The position numbers and the translations under genes were made by a program. This document shows positions 1-8,682 of a stretch of DNA of 12,240 bases, one piece after another. A model generated the notes under the pieces. It was not told the DNA's origin. It saw nothing but the letters and a program-made list of their open reading frames with translations, and did not search any database. The stretch comes from Methanothermococcus sp. SCGC AD-155-E23. GTDB taxonomy: Archaea > AGJL01 > Methanococci > Methanococcales > Methanococcaceae. The stretch spans positions 1 through 12,240 of the forward strand of contig JAHEQA010000028.1 in the NCBI GenBank assembly GCA_019561615.1, read 5' to 3'. Position 1 is the stretch's first letter. Each line of letters opens with the position of its first letter.

Positions 1-159
1 AAGTGAGGCGTAATTTACAGCCCTGGAGACAGCCAGAGGCCTCCTAGCCCACCAGATGTGAAGGGTAGAGATATGCCCATGCCTGATGTTCTTCTCCCTG
101 GCGGAGATCTCCCCTACCTCCCTGATAGGGAATGTCTTCTCGATGAATCGCCTGTCCAT
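1..159 (-). CDS. DUF1156 domain protein (putative adenine-specific DNA methyltransferase); N-terminal 53 aa only, runs off the left edge
   Basis: Manual translation of the reverse complement from ATG at 159 gives MDRRFIEKTFPIREVGEISAREKNIRHGHISTLHIWWARRPLAVSRAVNYASL with no stop. IExxFP...S.REK.IRHGH.STLH.WWARRPLA..RA is the characteristic DUF1156 N-terminal signature. Not in the ORF track because it is truncated. Confidence 0.88.
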   Translation of the reverse strand, partial: MDRRFIEKTFPIREVGEISAREKNIRHGHISTLHIWWARRPLAVSRAVNYASL

Positions 160-179
160 AACTATCCCATGGAAAACCC

Positions 180-1463
180 TTATATCTTAATCACGTACTC
201 CTCTAAAACCTCCTCCCCTTTAGCTCTCCCCTCCAATAACTCCCTAGTTATCCTCTTACCCTCCTCCACTGCAGGTTGATCGAAGGCGTTTACTCCCAAC
301 ATCTCTCCCATAAAGGCAGTTGTCATCTCGTACATGTATATTAACTTTCCAAGGGTGTACTCATCTAGATCCTCAAGTACTATGGAGAGATTGGGAACCC
401 CTCTAGCAGTTAGGGCCCTCTCAGTTCCTAACTGTTGAAGGTTTATCAGTTGAGACATGTTGTGGCCATCTAAGTAGTGTCCCCTGTACCTTATAGTAAA
501 GTCTCCTCTGAATCTCTTAACCTTTATAAATGTGATTATCTTATCCCTTGGACCATCGAGGTAAAGTTGAAGTTGGGAGTGCTGATCCTTGGCACCTAAG
601 GCTGCCACTGGTGTCTGACCCTTCCCATCCTTTCCAAGGCTTTCAGCCCACAGCTGTCTATACCACAGGGTAAATCTGTAGAGCCTCTCCATATAGGGCA
701 TAAGTACCGAGATACTCTTTCCCCTATTTAAAAACAGGTAGTGAATAAGGGCATTCATAAGGGCAGGGTTTTTTACTACATCCTCCCTCCTACATATCTT
801 ATCCATATCCCTAGCTCCAGAAACCAACCTCTCAATATCCACATCCATAGATGATAGGGGAACTAGACCAACGGAGGATAGAACAGAGAACCTACCTACA
901 ACATTCTCAGGGATATCAAAGATCTGATAACCCTCCCTCTCCCCAATCTCCTTCAAGACACCTCCACTTGAAATGATAACAACGTTATCCCTTTTACATC
1001 CCAACTTCTCCATCTCCTCCTTAAGTACAAAGAAGTTTGCAAGGGTCTCCACAGTATTCCCAGACTTACTTACTACAAATATCAAAGTCTCCCTGAGATC
1101 TATCACTTTAAGAATACTGTGAAGTAATTCAGGGTCTGAGTTATCTAAAAAGAAAACCTTCTTATCACTTAATTCGTTGGCGTAGATACCCTTGACCCCC
1201 TCATAGACCATCTGGATACCTAGAATAGATCCACCCATTCCCACAACGAGGATATACTTAAAATCCTTGTCATCTAGAGAGTACTGTTCAATATCCTCGT
1301 ATATAACTTCCATAAAACCTAACTCCCCTCTCTCATACCTCTCCATAGTTCTCCTGTAGGCCATATCTGTAACATCCCTCATACCCTCTATATCCTCCAG
1401 AGATAGACCTTCACTACCTAGTTCCTCCCTCATAACGTTACTGTACTTAAAATAGTCCCCCAT
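180..1463 (-). CDS. pgi: Glucose-6-phosphate isomerase (PGI family)
   Basis: Motifs VVGMGGSILG, VVSKSGNTVET, VVGRFSVLS, QLWAESLGK, DQHSQLQLY and NAFDQPAVEEGK. Start moved from 1475 to ATG at 1463 because a GGTGA RBS lies just upstream. Confidence 0.95.
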   Translation of the reverse strand: MGDYFKYSNVMREELGSEGLSLEDIEGMRDVTDMAYRRTMERYERGELGFMEVIYEDIEQYSLDDKDFKYILVVGMGGSILGIQMVYEGVKGIYANELSDKKVFFLDNSDPELLHSILKVIDLRETLIFVVSKSGNTVETLANFFVLKEEMEKLGCKRDNVVIISSGGVLKEIGEREGYQIFDIPENVVGRFSVLSSVGLVPLSSMDVDIERLVSGARDMDKICRREDVVKNPALMNALIHYLFLNRGKSISVLMPYMERLYRFTLWYRQLWAESLGKDGKGQTPVAALGAKDQHSQLQLYLDGPRDKIITFIKVKRFRGDFTIRYRGHYLDGHNMSQLINLQQLGTERALTARGVPNLSIVLEDLDEYTLGKLIYMYEMTTAFMGEMLGVNAFDQPAVEEGKRITRELLEGRAKGEEVLEEYVIKI

Positions 1464-1483
1464 GATAATCACCACTATAAAAA

Positions 1484-2572
1484 TTATTCTCTATAAAAAC
1501 TATAGATCTTCTTCAAAATTCTCTCACTTAACCACTCACTACTTATGTATCTCTCGTATACAGGTAACCTCTCCTTTAGCCTATACCCTGCCTCCTCTGT
1601 ATACTCCCTCAAGGTTTCAATCTCAGGCCAGGGGGCCTCTGGATTTACATAGTCCTTTGTAATGGGGGATATCCCTCCCCAGTCATCAACACCTGCAAGT
1701 AGGAACAACTGCCCAGTCTCCCTGTTTAAATTAGGTGGCACCTGGATAGATACCTCGGGGGGTAGTATCATCTTGGCTACCAGTATCACCTTTAACATCC
1801 TGAGAGGTGAGGGCTCCTTGAAGTTCTCCATGGGGATGCCCCTCTTAGATCTAAAGTTCTGAATTATCACCTCCTGTATATGCCCATACTCCTCTGACAA
1901 CTTTCTAATATCCATAAGGGATTTGATAATCTCCTCACTACTCTCCCCTATACCTACCAGTATACCTGTTGTAAAGGGTATCTTCAACTTACCTGCATTC
2001 TCTATCATCTCCAGGCGTTTTTTAGGATCCTTACCTGGGCTGTTCCTGTGGGCCACAGTTTCCATTAACCTCTCACTGGAGTTCTCCAACATGATGCCCA
2101 TGGAGGCGTTAACCTCCTTCAACATCTTTAACTCCTGGTACTCCAAGAGGCCACAGTTTGTATGGGGTAGTAGATTTGTGTTGTTGAGACACCAGTCCTC
2201 CAGGTGATAGAGGTACTCCAGGATACCCTCGTAGCCCATCTTCTTTAACTCCTCCCTTACCTTTGGATTCTCATCCACCCTTTCCCCAAAGGTAAAGAGT
2301 GCCTCTTTACACCCGTATCTATCCCCCTTTAGAAGTATCTCCTTAACCTCCCTCTCCTTCATAAGTCTATAATCTTCCCTTCTAAAGGTGCAGTATCCAC
2401 AGAGGTTTCTACACCAGTTACAAAGGGGAATAAACACATTCTTGGAGTAGGTAATATACTTCTTCTCCTCCCTTTCACCAACTAACCTCATAGCGTTGAT
2501 AACAGCTCTAGGATCCCTGGACTCCAGGAAATCTACATAGTCCTCGAAGTGTTTAAATCCCCTAGAACTCAT
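1484..2572 (-). CDS. cofG: FO (7,8-didemethyl-8-hydroxy-5-deazariboflavin) synthase subunit 1, radical SAM enzyme for coenzyme F420 biosynthesis
   Basis: [11 protein letters not shown] followed by CxxxCxxC (CRNLCGYC), plus [37 protein letters not shown] and [20 protein letters not shown]. Overlaps the pyrD 3' end by 11 bp. Confidence 0.93.
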   Translation of the reverse strand: MSSRGFKHFEDYVDFLESRDPRAVINAMRLVGEREEKKYITYSKNVFIPLCNWCRNLCGYCTFRREDYRLMKEREVKEILLKGDRYGCKEALFTFGERVDENPKVREELKKMGYEGILEYLYHLEDWCLNNTNLLPHTNCGLLEYQELKMLKEVNASMGIMLENSSERLMETVAHRNSPGKDPKKRLEMIENAGKLKIPFTTGILVGIGESSEEIIKSLMDIRKLSEEYGHIQEVIIQNFRSKRGIPMENFKEPSPLRMLKVILVAKMILPPEVSIQVPPNLNRETGQLFLLAGVDDWGGISPITKDYVNPEAPWPEIETLREYTEEAGYRLKERLPVYERYISSEWLSERILKKIYSFYRE

Positions 2573-3479
2573 GGGCCTTCCCCAGGATATCTTTAATCTT
2601 CAAGTTGTTCTCGGTGAGATACTCCTCCAACTCCTTACAGATCTTGTAGAAGATGTCGTAGCCTCTGTAGTACACCCCGGTGCCCACCTGTACAGCGGTT
2701 GCACCTGCCATCATGAATTCAACAACGTCATGTCCTGTGGTAATACCTCCCACCCCAACTATAGGAATATCTACAACGGAGTATATCTCGTATACACATC
2801 TCAGGGCTATGGGCTTTATGGCCTTCCCAGACATACCTCCAAATTTGTTGCCAAGTATAGGCCTTCCAGTCCTTATATCTATAACCATCCCTGGTCCCAA
2901 GGTATTTATTGCGGTGATGGCATCTGCACCTCCCTCAGTCACCGCCACAGCTATCTCCTTTATATCACTAACATTAGGTGTAAGTTTTACCATCACAGGT
3001 ATCTTCACACTGTCCTTGACACTTGAGACCACTTTGTGGGATAGATCTGGATCCTGCCCTATCTGGGCACCGTAACCTCCTCCAGCATGGGGACAGGAGA
3101 TATTCAACTCCAGGAGGTCCACATAGGGTTCCAGGATCTCAGCCACCTCTGAGAACTCCCTGGCATCCTTTCCATATATGGAACCAATAATTTTTACATC
3201 GATCCTCTTTAAGTAGTCCCTTATACCCTCCAACTCCCTAATATACTCTTTAACCCCAGGGTTTGGAAGTCCCATGGCGTTGAGGAATCCCCCCTCCACC
3301 TCCACTACAGTTGGATTCCTATGTCCAGACCTCTTCTCCAATCCAAGGGATTTTGTGCATACAGCTCCTGCCCCATTCTTGGCCATCCTCTTCAGGGCTG
3401 CCCCAGTTTCACCCATGACTCCAGCCGCCAGAAATACAGGGTTTTTGAAACTTATTCCACACATCTCGATCTTCAACAT
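2562..3479 (-). CDS. pyrD: Dihydroorotate dehydrogenase, family 1 catalytic subunit
   Basis: [31 protein letters not shown] (catalytic Cys), VKLTPNV, AINT, GGMSG, GVGGI and GATAVQVGT. Confidence 0.95.
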   Translation of the reverse strand: MLKIEMCGISFKNPVFLAAGVMGETGAALKRMAKNGAGAVCTKSLGLEKRSGHRNPTVVEVEGGFLNAMGLPNPGVKEYIRELEGIRDYLKRIDVKIIGSIYGKDAREFSEVAEILEPYVDLLELNISCPHAGGGYGAQIGQDPDLSHKVVSSVKDSVKIPVMVKLTPNVSDIKEIAVAVTEGGADAITAINTLGPGMVIDIRTGRPILGNKFGGMSGKAIKPIALRCVYEIYSVVDIPIVGVGGITTGHDVVEFMMAGATAVQVGTGVYYRGYDIFYKICKELEEYLTENNLKIKDILGKAHEF

Positions 3480-3481
3480 GG

Positions 3482-3874
3482 TTATCCCTTATTCCTCTTC
3501 CTCATTCTAATTACCTTGTAGTACTCCAGGTGGGGCTCCTTTAAAAATTTCTTCCTGGATTTCTTCACAGATCCAGAAACCCCCAACACTATTATGTTTA
3601 TAGGCTTATCCCTGTACTGGCTAAATGTTATCAAGGCGGCCTTTACAAAATCCACCTCATCCCTCTGCACCCTGAGAAGTCCCTTTGGGTGGTTGTAACT
3701 TATAAGCCAGGGGTTACTCTTTGAACATCCCCATATACCGTAGTAGTTGATAATTGCAGATCTAACTATCTGAACTACCTCATTGGCAGAGAGCTTTTCA
3801 GGGTATAGGATCTTAAAAGCTATGTACCTCTTCTTCTCCCTTAAAGTTGGGGGAAGTGTTTTAAGGGATGTCAT
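3482..3874 (-). CDS. rnp2: Ribonuclease P protein component 2 (Pop5/Rpp14 family)
   Basis: LKTLPPTLREKKRYIAF N-terminus and LGVSGSVKK C-terminal motif typical of archaeal Pop5; 130 aa. Confidence 0.92.
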   Translation of the reverse strand: MTSLKTLPPTLREKKRYIAFKILYPEKLSANEVVQIVRSAIINYYGIWGCSKSNPWLISYNHPKGLLRVQRDEVDFVKAALITFSQYRDKPINIIVLGVSGSVKKSRKKFLKEPHLEYYKVIRMRKRNKG

Positions 3875-3894
3875 GATCTTACCTTGTTTATACT

Positions 3895-4446
3895 TTAGAG
3901 GCCACAGACCTTACAGAAGTTCTTCAGGATCTCTGGGCCGTACTCTGTATGGGAAACCTCTGGATGGAATTGGACACCGTATATAGGTTTACTTATATGT
4001 TTCATGGCCTCCACCTCACAGATATCTGAGTAGGCAAGGACTTTGAAGTCCTTTGGAGGTACTTTAACCTCATCTCTATGGGAGGCCCAGGCTGTAAACT
4101 CCCTGGGAATGCCCCTGAATAAGTCATCCTCCTCCTTTACATATATCCTGGTGTAGGCGTACTCCTCCTTATGGGCCTTTCCAACTACCCCACCGAAGGC
4201 CTTACATATCAACTGATGCCCAAGGCATATACCAAGTATTGGTACCTCTGCATTGAGGATGATGTCTATACAACCTGAAGCCCCTTCAAGGTCTGGTCCC
4301 CCACTTATGATGATCCCCTTCACCTCCTCTCCAATATCCCCTGGAGATATGGTGTTGGGAACTATCTTTGAGGGTACTCCTAGGTATCTTAGACTTCTAT
4401 GTATCCTGTGGACGTACTGACCTCCGTTGTTAACTATGAGGATCAT
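3895..4446 (-). CDS. guaAA: GMP synthase (glutamine-hydrolysing) subunit A, class I glutamine amidotransferase
   Basis: NNGGQYVHRIHR, IISGGP, LGICLGHQ (catalytic Cys), WASHRDEV and YGVQFHPEV (His/Glu); stand-alone 183 aa subunit as in Euryarchaeota. Confidence 0.93.
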   Translation of the reverse strand: MILIVNNGGQYVHRIHRSLRYLGVPSKIVPNTISPGDIGEEVKGIIISGGPDLEGASGCIDIILNAEVPILGICLGHQLICKAFGGVVGKAHKEEYAYTRIYVKEEDDLFRGIPREFTAWASHRDEVKVPPKDFKVLAYSDICEVEAMKHISKPIYGVQFHPEVSHTEYGPEILKNFCKVCGL

Positions 4447-4518
4447 CCTATCACTTTTAATTTTTATAAAAAATAGTAAATACCATAATATTTTTTATCC
4501 TTATGACGAGGTGAAATA
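4447..4518. promoter_or_regulatory. AT-rich divergent promoter region between guaAA and the PRC-barrel gene
   Basis: 72 bp AT-rich gap between head-to-head genes. Contains a palindromic TATA-like element TTTTTATAAAAA (4461-4472) and RBS GAGGTGA (4508-4514) before ATG at 4519. Confidence 0.55.
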
Positions 4519-4800
4519 ATGAGTAAGATGCAGATACCCTTTAGGGAACTCTGTGGAAAATCTATAGTAGGAAATATGGGAGGTATCCTGGGGAAGGTAA
4601 AAGATGTAATCTTCGATGAAAATACAGGAAAGATCATCTCACTAGATATGGAACCTTCGGAAAACAGTCCTATATATCAACATTCCTCAAAGGGGTGTTA
4701 CACCTTGGTACCCTATAAGATAGTGCTAGGTATAAAAGACGTTGTAGTGGTGGATGAAAGTAAGTTAGACAGTATCAAGATTATAGAGAAGGAGGAGTAG
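4519..4800 (+). CDS. Small PRC-barrel domain protein
   Basis: L.GK.IV...G..LGKVKDVIFDENTGKIISL and LVPY..V.GIKDVVVV match the PRC-barrel pattern; strong GAGGTGA RBS; 93 aa. Confidence 0.85.
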   Translation: MSKMQIPFRELCGKSIVGNMGGILGKVKDVIFDENTGKIISLDMEPSENSPIYQHSSKGCYTLVPYKIVLGIKDVVVVDESKLDSIKIIEKEE

Positions 4801-5389
4801 ATTTAATACTATTCAAGGTGTCTAAGAATCTCTTTAGAGTTTTTCTCAGGGATCTCAATCCCTCCTCATCCTCCATAACCCCCTCTTTTCCCCTGTCTTT
4901 TGACCAGAAGGTGGAACCTAAGTTAGCCCCAAAGGATCCTCCACCTACAGGTATCATCTCGTTTATCATGTAGAAGTCATGGATAGTTCTCAGTGCAACC
5001 TCCTGCCCTCCATTTCTATCTCCACCTACGGCAATACCTGTACCTACCTTGTTCTTCAGGACCTTGGGATCCCTTGCAACTAGGGCTCTACATCTATCCA
5101 TGAGGGTTTTCAACTGTCCAGATATGTTACCCTGATAGACAGGGGTACCCATTATCACCCCATCTGCCCATTGGAGGTTCTCGTAAAACTCCCCTAAGTC
5201 ATCCTTGTGGATACAACCCTCCCTCTTCTTTACACAGTAGTCACAGTGGATACAGAATCTTATATCCTTCCTGAAAACTGAGAAGTACCTTACCTCACAG
5301 CCTTTCTCCCTTAGGTACTCCAAGGCGTAGTTAACCAGGTAGTGGGTACCCTGGAGTCTTGGACTGCCACTTATACCAAAGACCTTCAT
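4781..5389 (-). CDS. Iron-sulfur flavoprotein (Isf family, flavodoxin-like)
   Basis: MKVFGISGSPR FMN-binding start, compact CX2CX2CX6C motif (CIHCDYCVKKREGC), GTPVY and GGDRNGGQE. Start moved to ATG at 5389, which follows a GGTGA RBS. Its 3' end overlaps the convergent PRC-barrel gene by 20 bp. Confidence 0.88.
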   Translation of the reverse strand: MKVFGISGSPRLQGTHYLVNYALEYLREKGCEVRYFSVFRKDIRFCIHCDYCVKKREGCIHKDDLGEFYENLQWADGVIMGTPVYQGNISGQLKTLMDRCRALVARDPKVLKNKVGTGIAVGGDRNGGQEVALRTIHDFYMINEMIPVGGGSFGANLGSTFWSKDRGKEGVMEDEEGLRSLRKTLKRFLDTLNSIKSTPPSL

Positions 5390-5393
5390 CCCT

Positions 5394-5858
5394 TCACCCT
5401 TCATGGAGTATCTCCTTTATTTCCTCTGAGAGTATCTTTATCAGTTTCTTCCTCCTAGGTTCCTTTAAGGCCTCTAGATACTCGTCACATATTAACTTCA
5501 GGGCCTTATCTCCACAGGCCTCTACACAGGCAGGGGTTATCCTATCTACGTCTAGGCAGAGGGTACACTTATGGGCAACCTTGTCCCTTGTAAATATGGC
5601 TCCAATTGGACAGGCTATCTCACACATACTACAACCTATGCATCTCTCCCTGTCCACCACTGGTATGTTGTCCTTTAAATGTATGGCATCTACAGGGCAG
5701 ACCTTCATACAGGGGGCATTTTCACACTGCATACAGAAGATAGGTACACCTTCAGCCTTCTTTATCCTTGCCACCCCATGGGTCTCCTCACACTTAACTA
5801 TACAGTCGTTACACTTTGAACACTTTGTGGGATCTATTACCACTATCTTGGGGTTCAT
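5394..5858 (-). CDS. Multi-[4Fe-4S] ferredoxin-like protein (CooF/HydN type), probable CODH electron-transfer partner
   Basis: Four Cys groups: CSKCNDCIVKC, CMQCENAPCMKVCP, CIGCSMCEIACP and CTLC...ACVEAC. GGTGA RBS before ATG at 5858; directly downstream of cdhB. Confidence 0.85.
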   Translation of the reverse strand: MNPKIVVIDPTKCSKCNDCIVKCEETHGVARIKKAEGVPIFCMQCENAPCMKVCPVDAIHLKDNIPVVDRERCIGCSMCEIACPIGAIFTRDKVAHKCTLCLDVDRITPACVEACGDKALKLICDEYLEALKEPRRKKLIKILSEEIKEILHEG

Positions 5859-5867
5859 CACATCACC

Positions 5868-6305
5868 TTAGAGGTTATCCAGCAGCATCCTAAAACGTTT
5901 TATAGCCTCTATGTGCTCCCCCTCCTCCATATTTGGAAAGGAGTAGTGGGCATTTGGTATGTACTTTCCATCTAGGGTTAGGGTTATAGTATCTGAGAAG
6001 TGTTTCAGGTGTGTTAGTGCCTGATTTAGATAGTAGTAGGTAATACCTATAAACATCACTAGGTCGTAATCTTCCCTTGTTATCATCTTTATAATACTCA
6101 GGAGGTTCATATCCCTGGGGGTGTATATCTTCTCTATATTTAGGTCCTCCAGGTATCTTACAGCCTCTCCTCCATACTCCCCTATTACCAGGAGGGGTCT
6201 CCTACTTCTCTTGACCATACTAACTGCTATCTTTGTACTTATAACCTCTGCATGGTGGAGGTTAGTACCTGCAGTAGGTTGATAGGGTATATTCCTCCCT
6301 AGCAT
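5868..6305 (-). CDS. cdhB: CO dehydrogenase/acetyl-CoA synthase complex epsilon subunit
   Basis: PYQPTAG, MVKRSRRPLLVIG, YDLVMFIGITYYY, LTHLKHFS and PNAHYSFPN; immediately follows cdhA. Start placed at ATG 6305 after a GGTGA RBS. Confidence 0.9.
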   Translation of the reverse strand: MLGRNIPYQPTAGTNLHHAEVISTKIAVSMVKRSRRPLLVIGEYGGEAVRYLEDLNIEKIYTPRDMNLLSIIKMITREDYDLVMFIGITYYYLNQALTHLKHFSDTITLTLDGKYIPNAHYSFPNMEEGEHIEAIKRFRMLLDNL

Positions 6306-6316
6306 ACTTTTCACCT

Positions 6317-8614
6317 TTAGTAGAGGAGGGTAGGCTCCTGGGGCATCTCCTTTCTAGGCTCCCAACCCTTCTCCTCTAGATACTTCAATATCTTGTCCTT
6401 CAACATAAAGGGTATGTCCCTCTCTGTCCTGATGAACTTCTCAAGATCTGGAGGCATACAGTTGAAGTACTTCTCGTAGAGGGTTACGTAGTGGTAGACC
6501 TTCATACTTCTACCTCTACTTCCGTCGTTTGGTCTCATACAGAGTTTAGGTATGGTACAGAGACATTCCTTGAAGTTCTCTGCAGCGGTTATCAGGTGTT
6601 CAGGTGTTGGATCTATCCTTATAACCTTTTTAAGTTTCCTGTCGTAAACCTCGAAGTCCTCCCCGTCACTGAGGTAGAGCCTCCTGTACTTTATCCCATG
6701 GGGTCCAACTATTACAGGTATACCCCACCTGTTGAACCCTGTTGCAATTGCTACAGCCTTCTGACTCATAGCACCCCAGGCAACTCCAACAGCTCCAACC
6801 CTGTTTAGTATGTAATCTGCAACCTGGGCGAAGTTACCCTCCAGGGGCAACTTGGCAAAGATATTTGCAATCTTTATGGCAGCCCCACTTACATGACAGT
6901 TTGAGAGACAGGGACCTGCATTGATAAGCCCTCCAGCCTGGAACTCCCCAGGATACTTCTCGTAGAGTGTTTTACCATCACTGTCCTTCCACATCCCTAT
7001 GGACATGGAGGCACATCCTGCAGCAACTACGATATACTTCCTCTCAAGTAACTCCTTTGCCATCAGTGCCAACTCCTCCTCCCCATTTGGATAGTTTGTA
7101 CACCCTGCAAATGCAACTACCCCAGGGATCTCACCAAAGACTATTGGAGCTCCAACCTTCCTGATCTCCACATCCTGTATAGGTCCTTTACCTACCCTCA
7201 CCTTAAACTCCAAGGTGTGGTAGAGTTCCCCAGCCTTTGTTATCATGGAGACAATGGGTAGATTCCTCTCACATTCACTTTCACACCTTCCACAGCTGTA
7301 GCACCTCTTATAGAGGTCTGCAAGTTTTTCAAATCTCCCCTCCTTGGCCTCAACTATACTCTCCATCACAGGGAAGGAGTTGGGACATACCCTGTTACAC
7401 CAGCCACACTCTGTACATCTATTTGCCAGGGCCCTTATCTCCTCTAAGGCTGGAAGACATCTCTCCTTCATCTCCCTTCTACTTCTAAATACTATCCTGG
7501 CAAGTTCAACTGCCACCTTACCTACCTTACTCTCCTCTAGAATAAGTCCTGCACCCTCCCTAAGTATCCTACTTATAATCTCATCCTCACTTAGATGGGA
7601 GAGATCCTCTAGACCTAGGCACATCTTGTCGTTGGTGGCAATTACTACAGCCCCTGTCCTCCTAGCCTCCTCCAGGATATCCAACCTTATACACTGTTCA
7701 TCTACCACTATCACATCTGCAACCCCACTCCTTATGAACATCAACTGCCTAGAGAGAGGTCCCACTATCTTGGCATTCTTACTGTATCTTGTGGCGTCCA
7801 GTGCAGTACAACATATACCACAGACCTCTATCTCCTCCTCCAACCCCTTCTCCTCCAGGTAGTCTATGATGTAGGTGCTAGGTATTACGTTGTGTCCTAT
7901 ACAGAGGATAACAGGTTTACTCCTATCTATGCAGTTTATACCCAAGTCTACTAGGGGTGTCTCAATCTCCCCCTTGGGCATGCCGTATCCAACTATCTGG
8001 GCTATATCTCCAACCTCCCTAACTACGTCATCTAACATACCTGCATGAAGTGCCTTACTTTCAAAGTCTAGTACATCCCCCTCCTGCCCTGTATGGGTGG
8101 CAGAGAGTAGATGGGTAAGCTGTTCCTCACAGTACTTCAAAACCTTCTCCAGATCTCCCAGGGTTTTAACCCTTATACCCACTACAGTTCTTATTATAGG
8201 GGCCTCCACCTCTATACTGTTTCCCAGGTCTATGGGGTAGTCCCTTCCCAGCTTCTCTATCAAGGCATCTACAAGGTGTCTACAGTGTGCAGCGTGACAG
8301 GCAGTTCCAATACAACATGCCAGTAGTACCAACCTTGCCTGCTGTAGTTTCATATCTATACCACAGGCTCCCTTCTTCCCCTTACTTAGATCACACTTTC
8401 CAAAGGTACAGAGACAGCACATATCACATATGGGCATATAGAAGGGTTGGTACCTCCTGAGGAGTTTAAAGTCCCAGTACCTTAGATCTGTCACCTTGGG
8501 CATGGGGTTGGGACCTGTAGGTTTAGATGAAACATCCTCTGTGGGAATAGAGATATTTCCCTTAACCTTTAGGTTTTTAGAGTAGATGGTGGGGACTATT
8601 CTTCTAACTCTCAT
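6317..8614 (-). CDS. cdhA: Archaeal Ni-CO dehydrogenase, ACDS complex alpha subunit
   Basis: N-terminal [14 protein letters not shown]...GACG (B/D clusters); C-cluster ligand motifs GHN, CGICC, DEQC, AGC, GCA and GPCLSN; extra ferredoxin motifs [12 protein letters not shown] and [11 protein letters not shown] (E/F clusters). Likely start is ATG 8614 (GGTGG RBS); GTG 8623 is the alternative. Confidence 0.96.
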   Translation of the reverse strand: MRVRRIVPTIYSKNLKVKGNISIPTEDVSSKPTGPNPMPKVTDLRYWDFKLLRRYQPFYMPICDMCCLCTFGKCDLSKGKKGACGIDMKLQQARLVLLACCIGTACHAAHCRHLVDALIEKLGRDYPIDLGNSIEVEAPIIRTVVGIRVKTLGDLEKVLKYCEEQLTHLLSATHTGQEGDVLDFESKALHAGMLDDVVREVGDIAQIVGYGMPKGEIETPLVDLGINCIDRSKPVILCIGHNVIPSTYIIDYLEEKGLEEEIEVCGICCTALDATRYSKNAKIVGPLSRQLMFIRSGVADVIVVDEQCIRLDILEEARRTGAVVIATNDKMCLGLEDLSHLSEDEIISRILREGAGLILEESKVGKVAVELARIVFRSRREMKERCLPALEEIRALANRCTECGWCNRVCPNSFPVMESIVEAKEGRFEKLADLYKRCYSCGRCESECERNLPIVSMITKAGELYHTLEFKVRVGKGPIQDVEIRKVGAPIVFGEIPGVVAFAGCTNYPNGEEELALMAKELLERKYIVVAAGCASMSIGMWKDSDGKTLYEKYPGEFQAGGLINAGPCLSNCHVSGAAIKIANIFAKLPLEGNFAQVADYILNRVGAVGVAWGAMSQKAVAIATGFNRWGIPVIVGPHGIKYRRLYLSDGEDFEVYDRKLKKVIRIDPTPEHLITAAENFKECLCTIPKLCMRPNDGSRGRSMKVYHYVTLYEKYFNCMPPDLEKFIRTERDIPFMLKDKILKYLEEKGWEPRKEMPQEPTLLY

Positions 8615-8631
8615 GGATTCCACCAGAATTT

Positions 8632-8674
8632 ATCATTATTAATCATTATAATTCAGGTGATATAAATATTTTTA
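8632..8674 (-). promoter_or_regulatory. Putative BRE/TATA promoter of the cdhA operon with a downstream tandem repeat
   Basis: Minus strand reads AAAAATA-TTTATATC (TATA-like box at 8659-8666), followed by ATAATGAT twice (8642-8649 and 8632-8639) before the RBS. Confidence 0.55.
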
Positions 8675-8682
8675 GAAAAAAG

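Noticed and set aside
58-279. 73 aa plus-strand ORF from the track
   Set aside because: Antisense to the DUF1156 gene start and the pgi 3' end; no recognisable motif or RBS.
1462-3986. Several short plus-strand ORFs (61-151 aa) opposite cofG, pyrD, rnp2 and guaAA
   Set aside because: Shadow frames of well-supported minus-strand genes, with Ser/Pro/Ile-rich composition typical of antisense translation.
5394-5396. TGA stops of the polyferredoxin (5394) and amrS (8683) as possible selenocysteine codons, since Methanococcales use Sec
   Set aside because: Both fall at the natural C-termini, not at conserved Cys positions. The first overlaps the isf RBS (GGTGA), and no SECIS-like hairpin was seen.
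8655-8682. Plus-strand AGGTGA RBS-like sequence, and a minus-strand CTTTTTCT after amrS as a possible terminator
   Set aside because: No start codon follows the AGGTGA; the T-tract is short and adjoins the cdhA promoter, so it is too weak to call.
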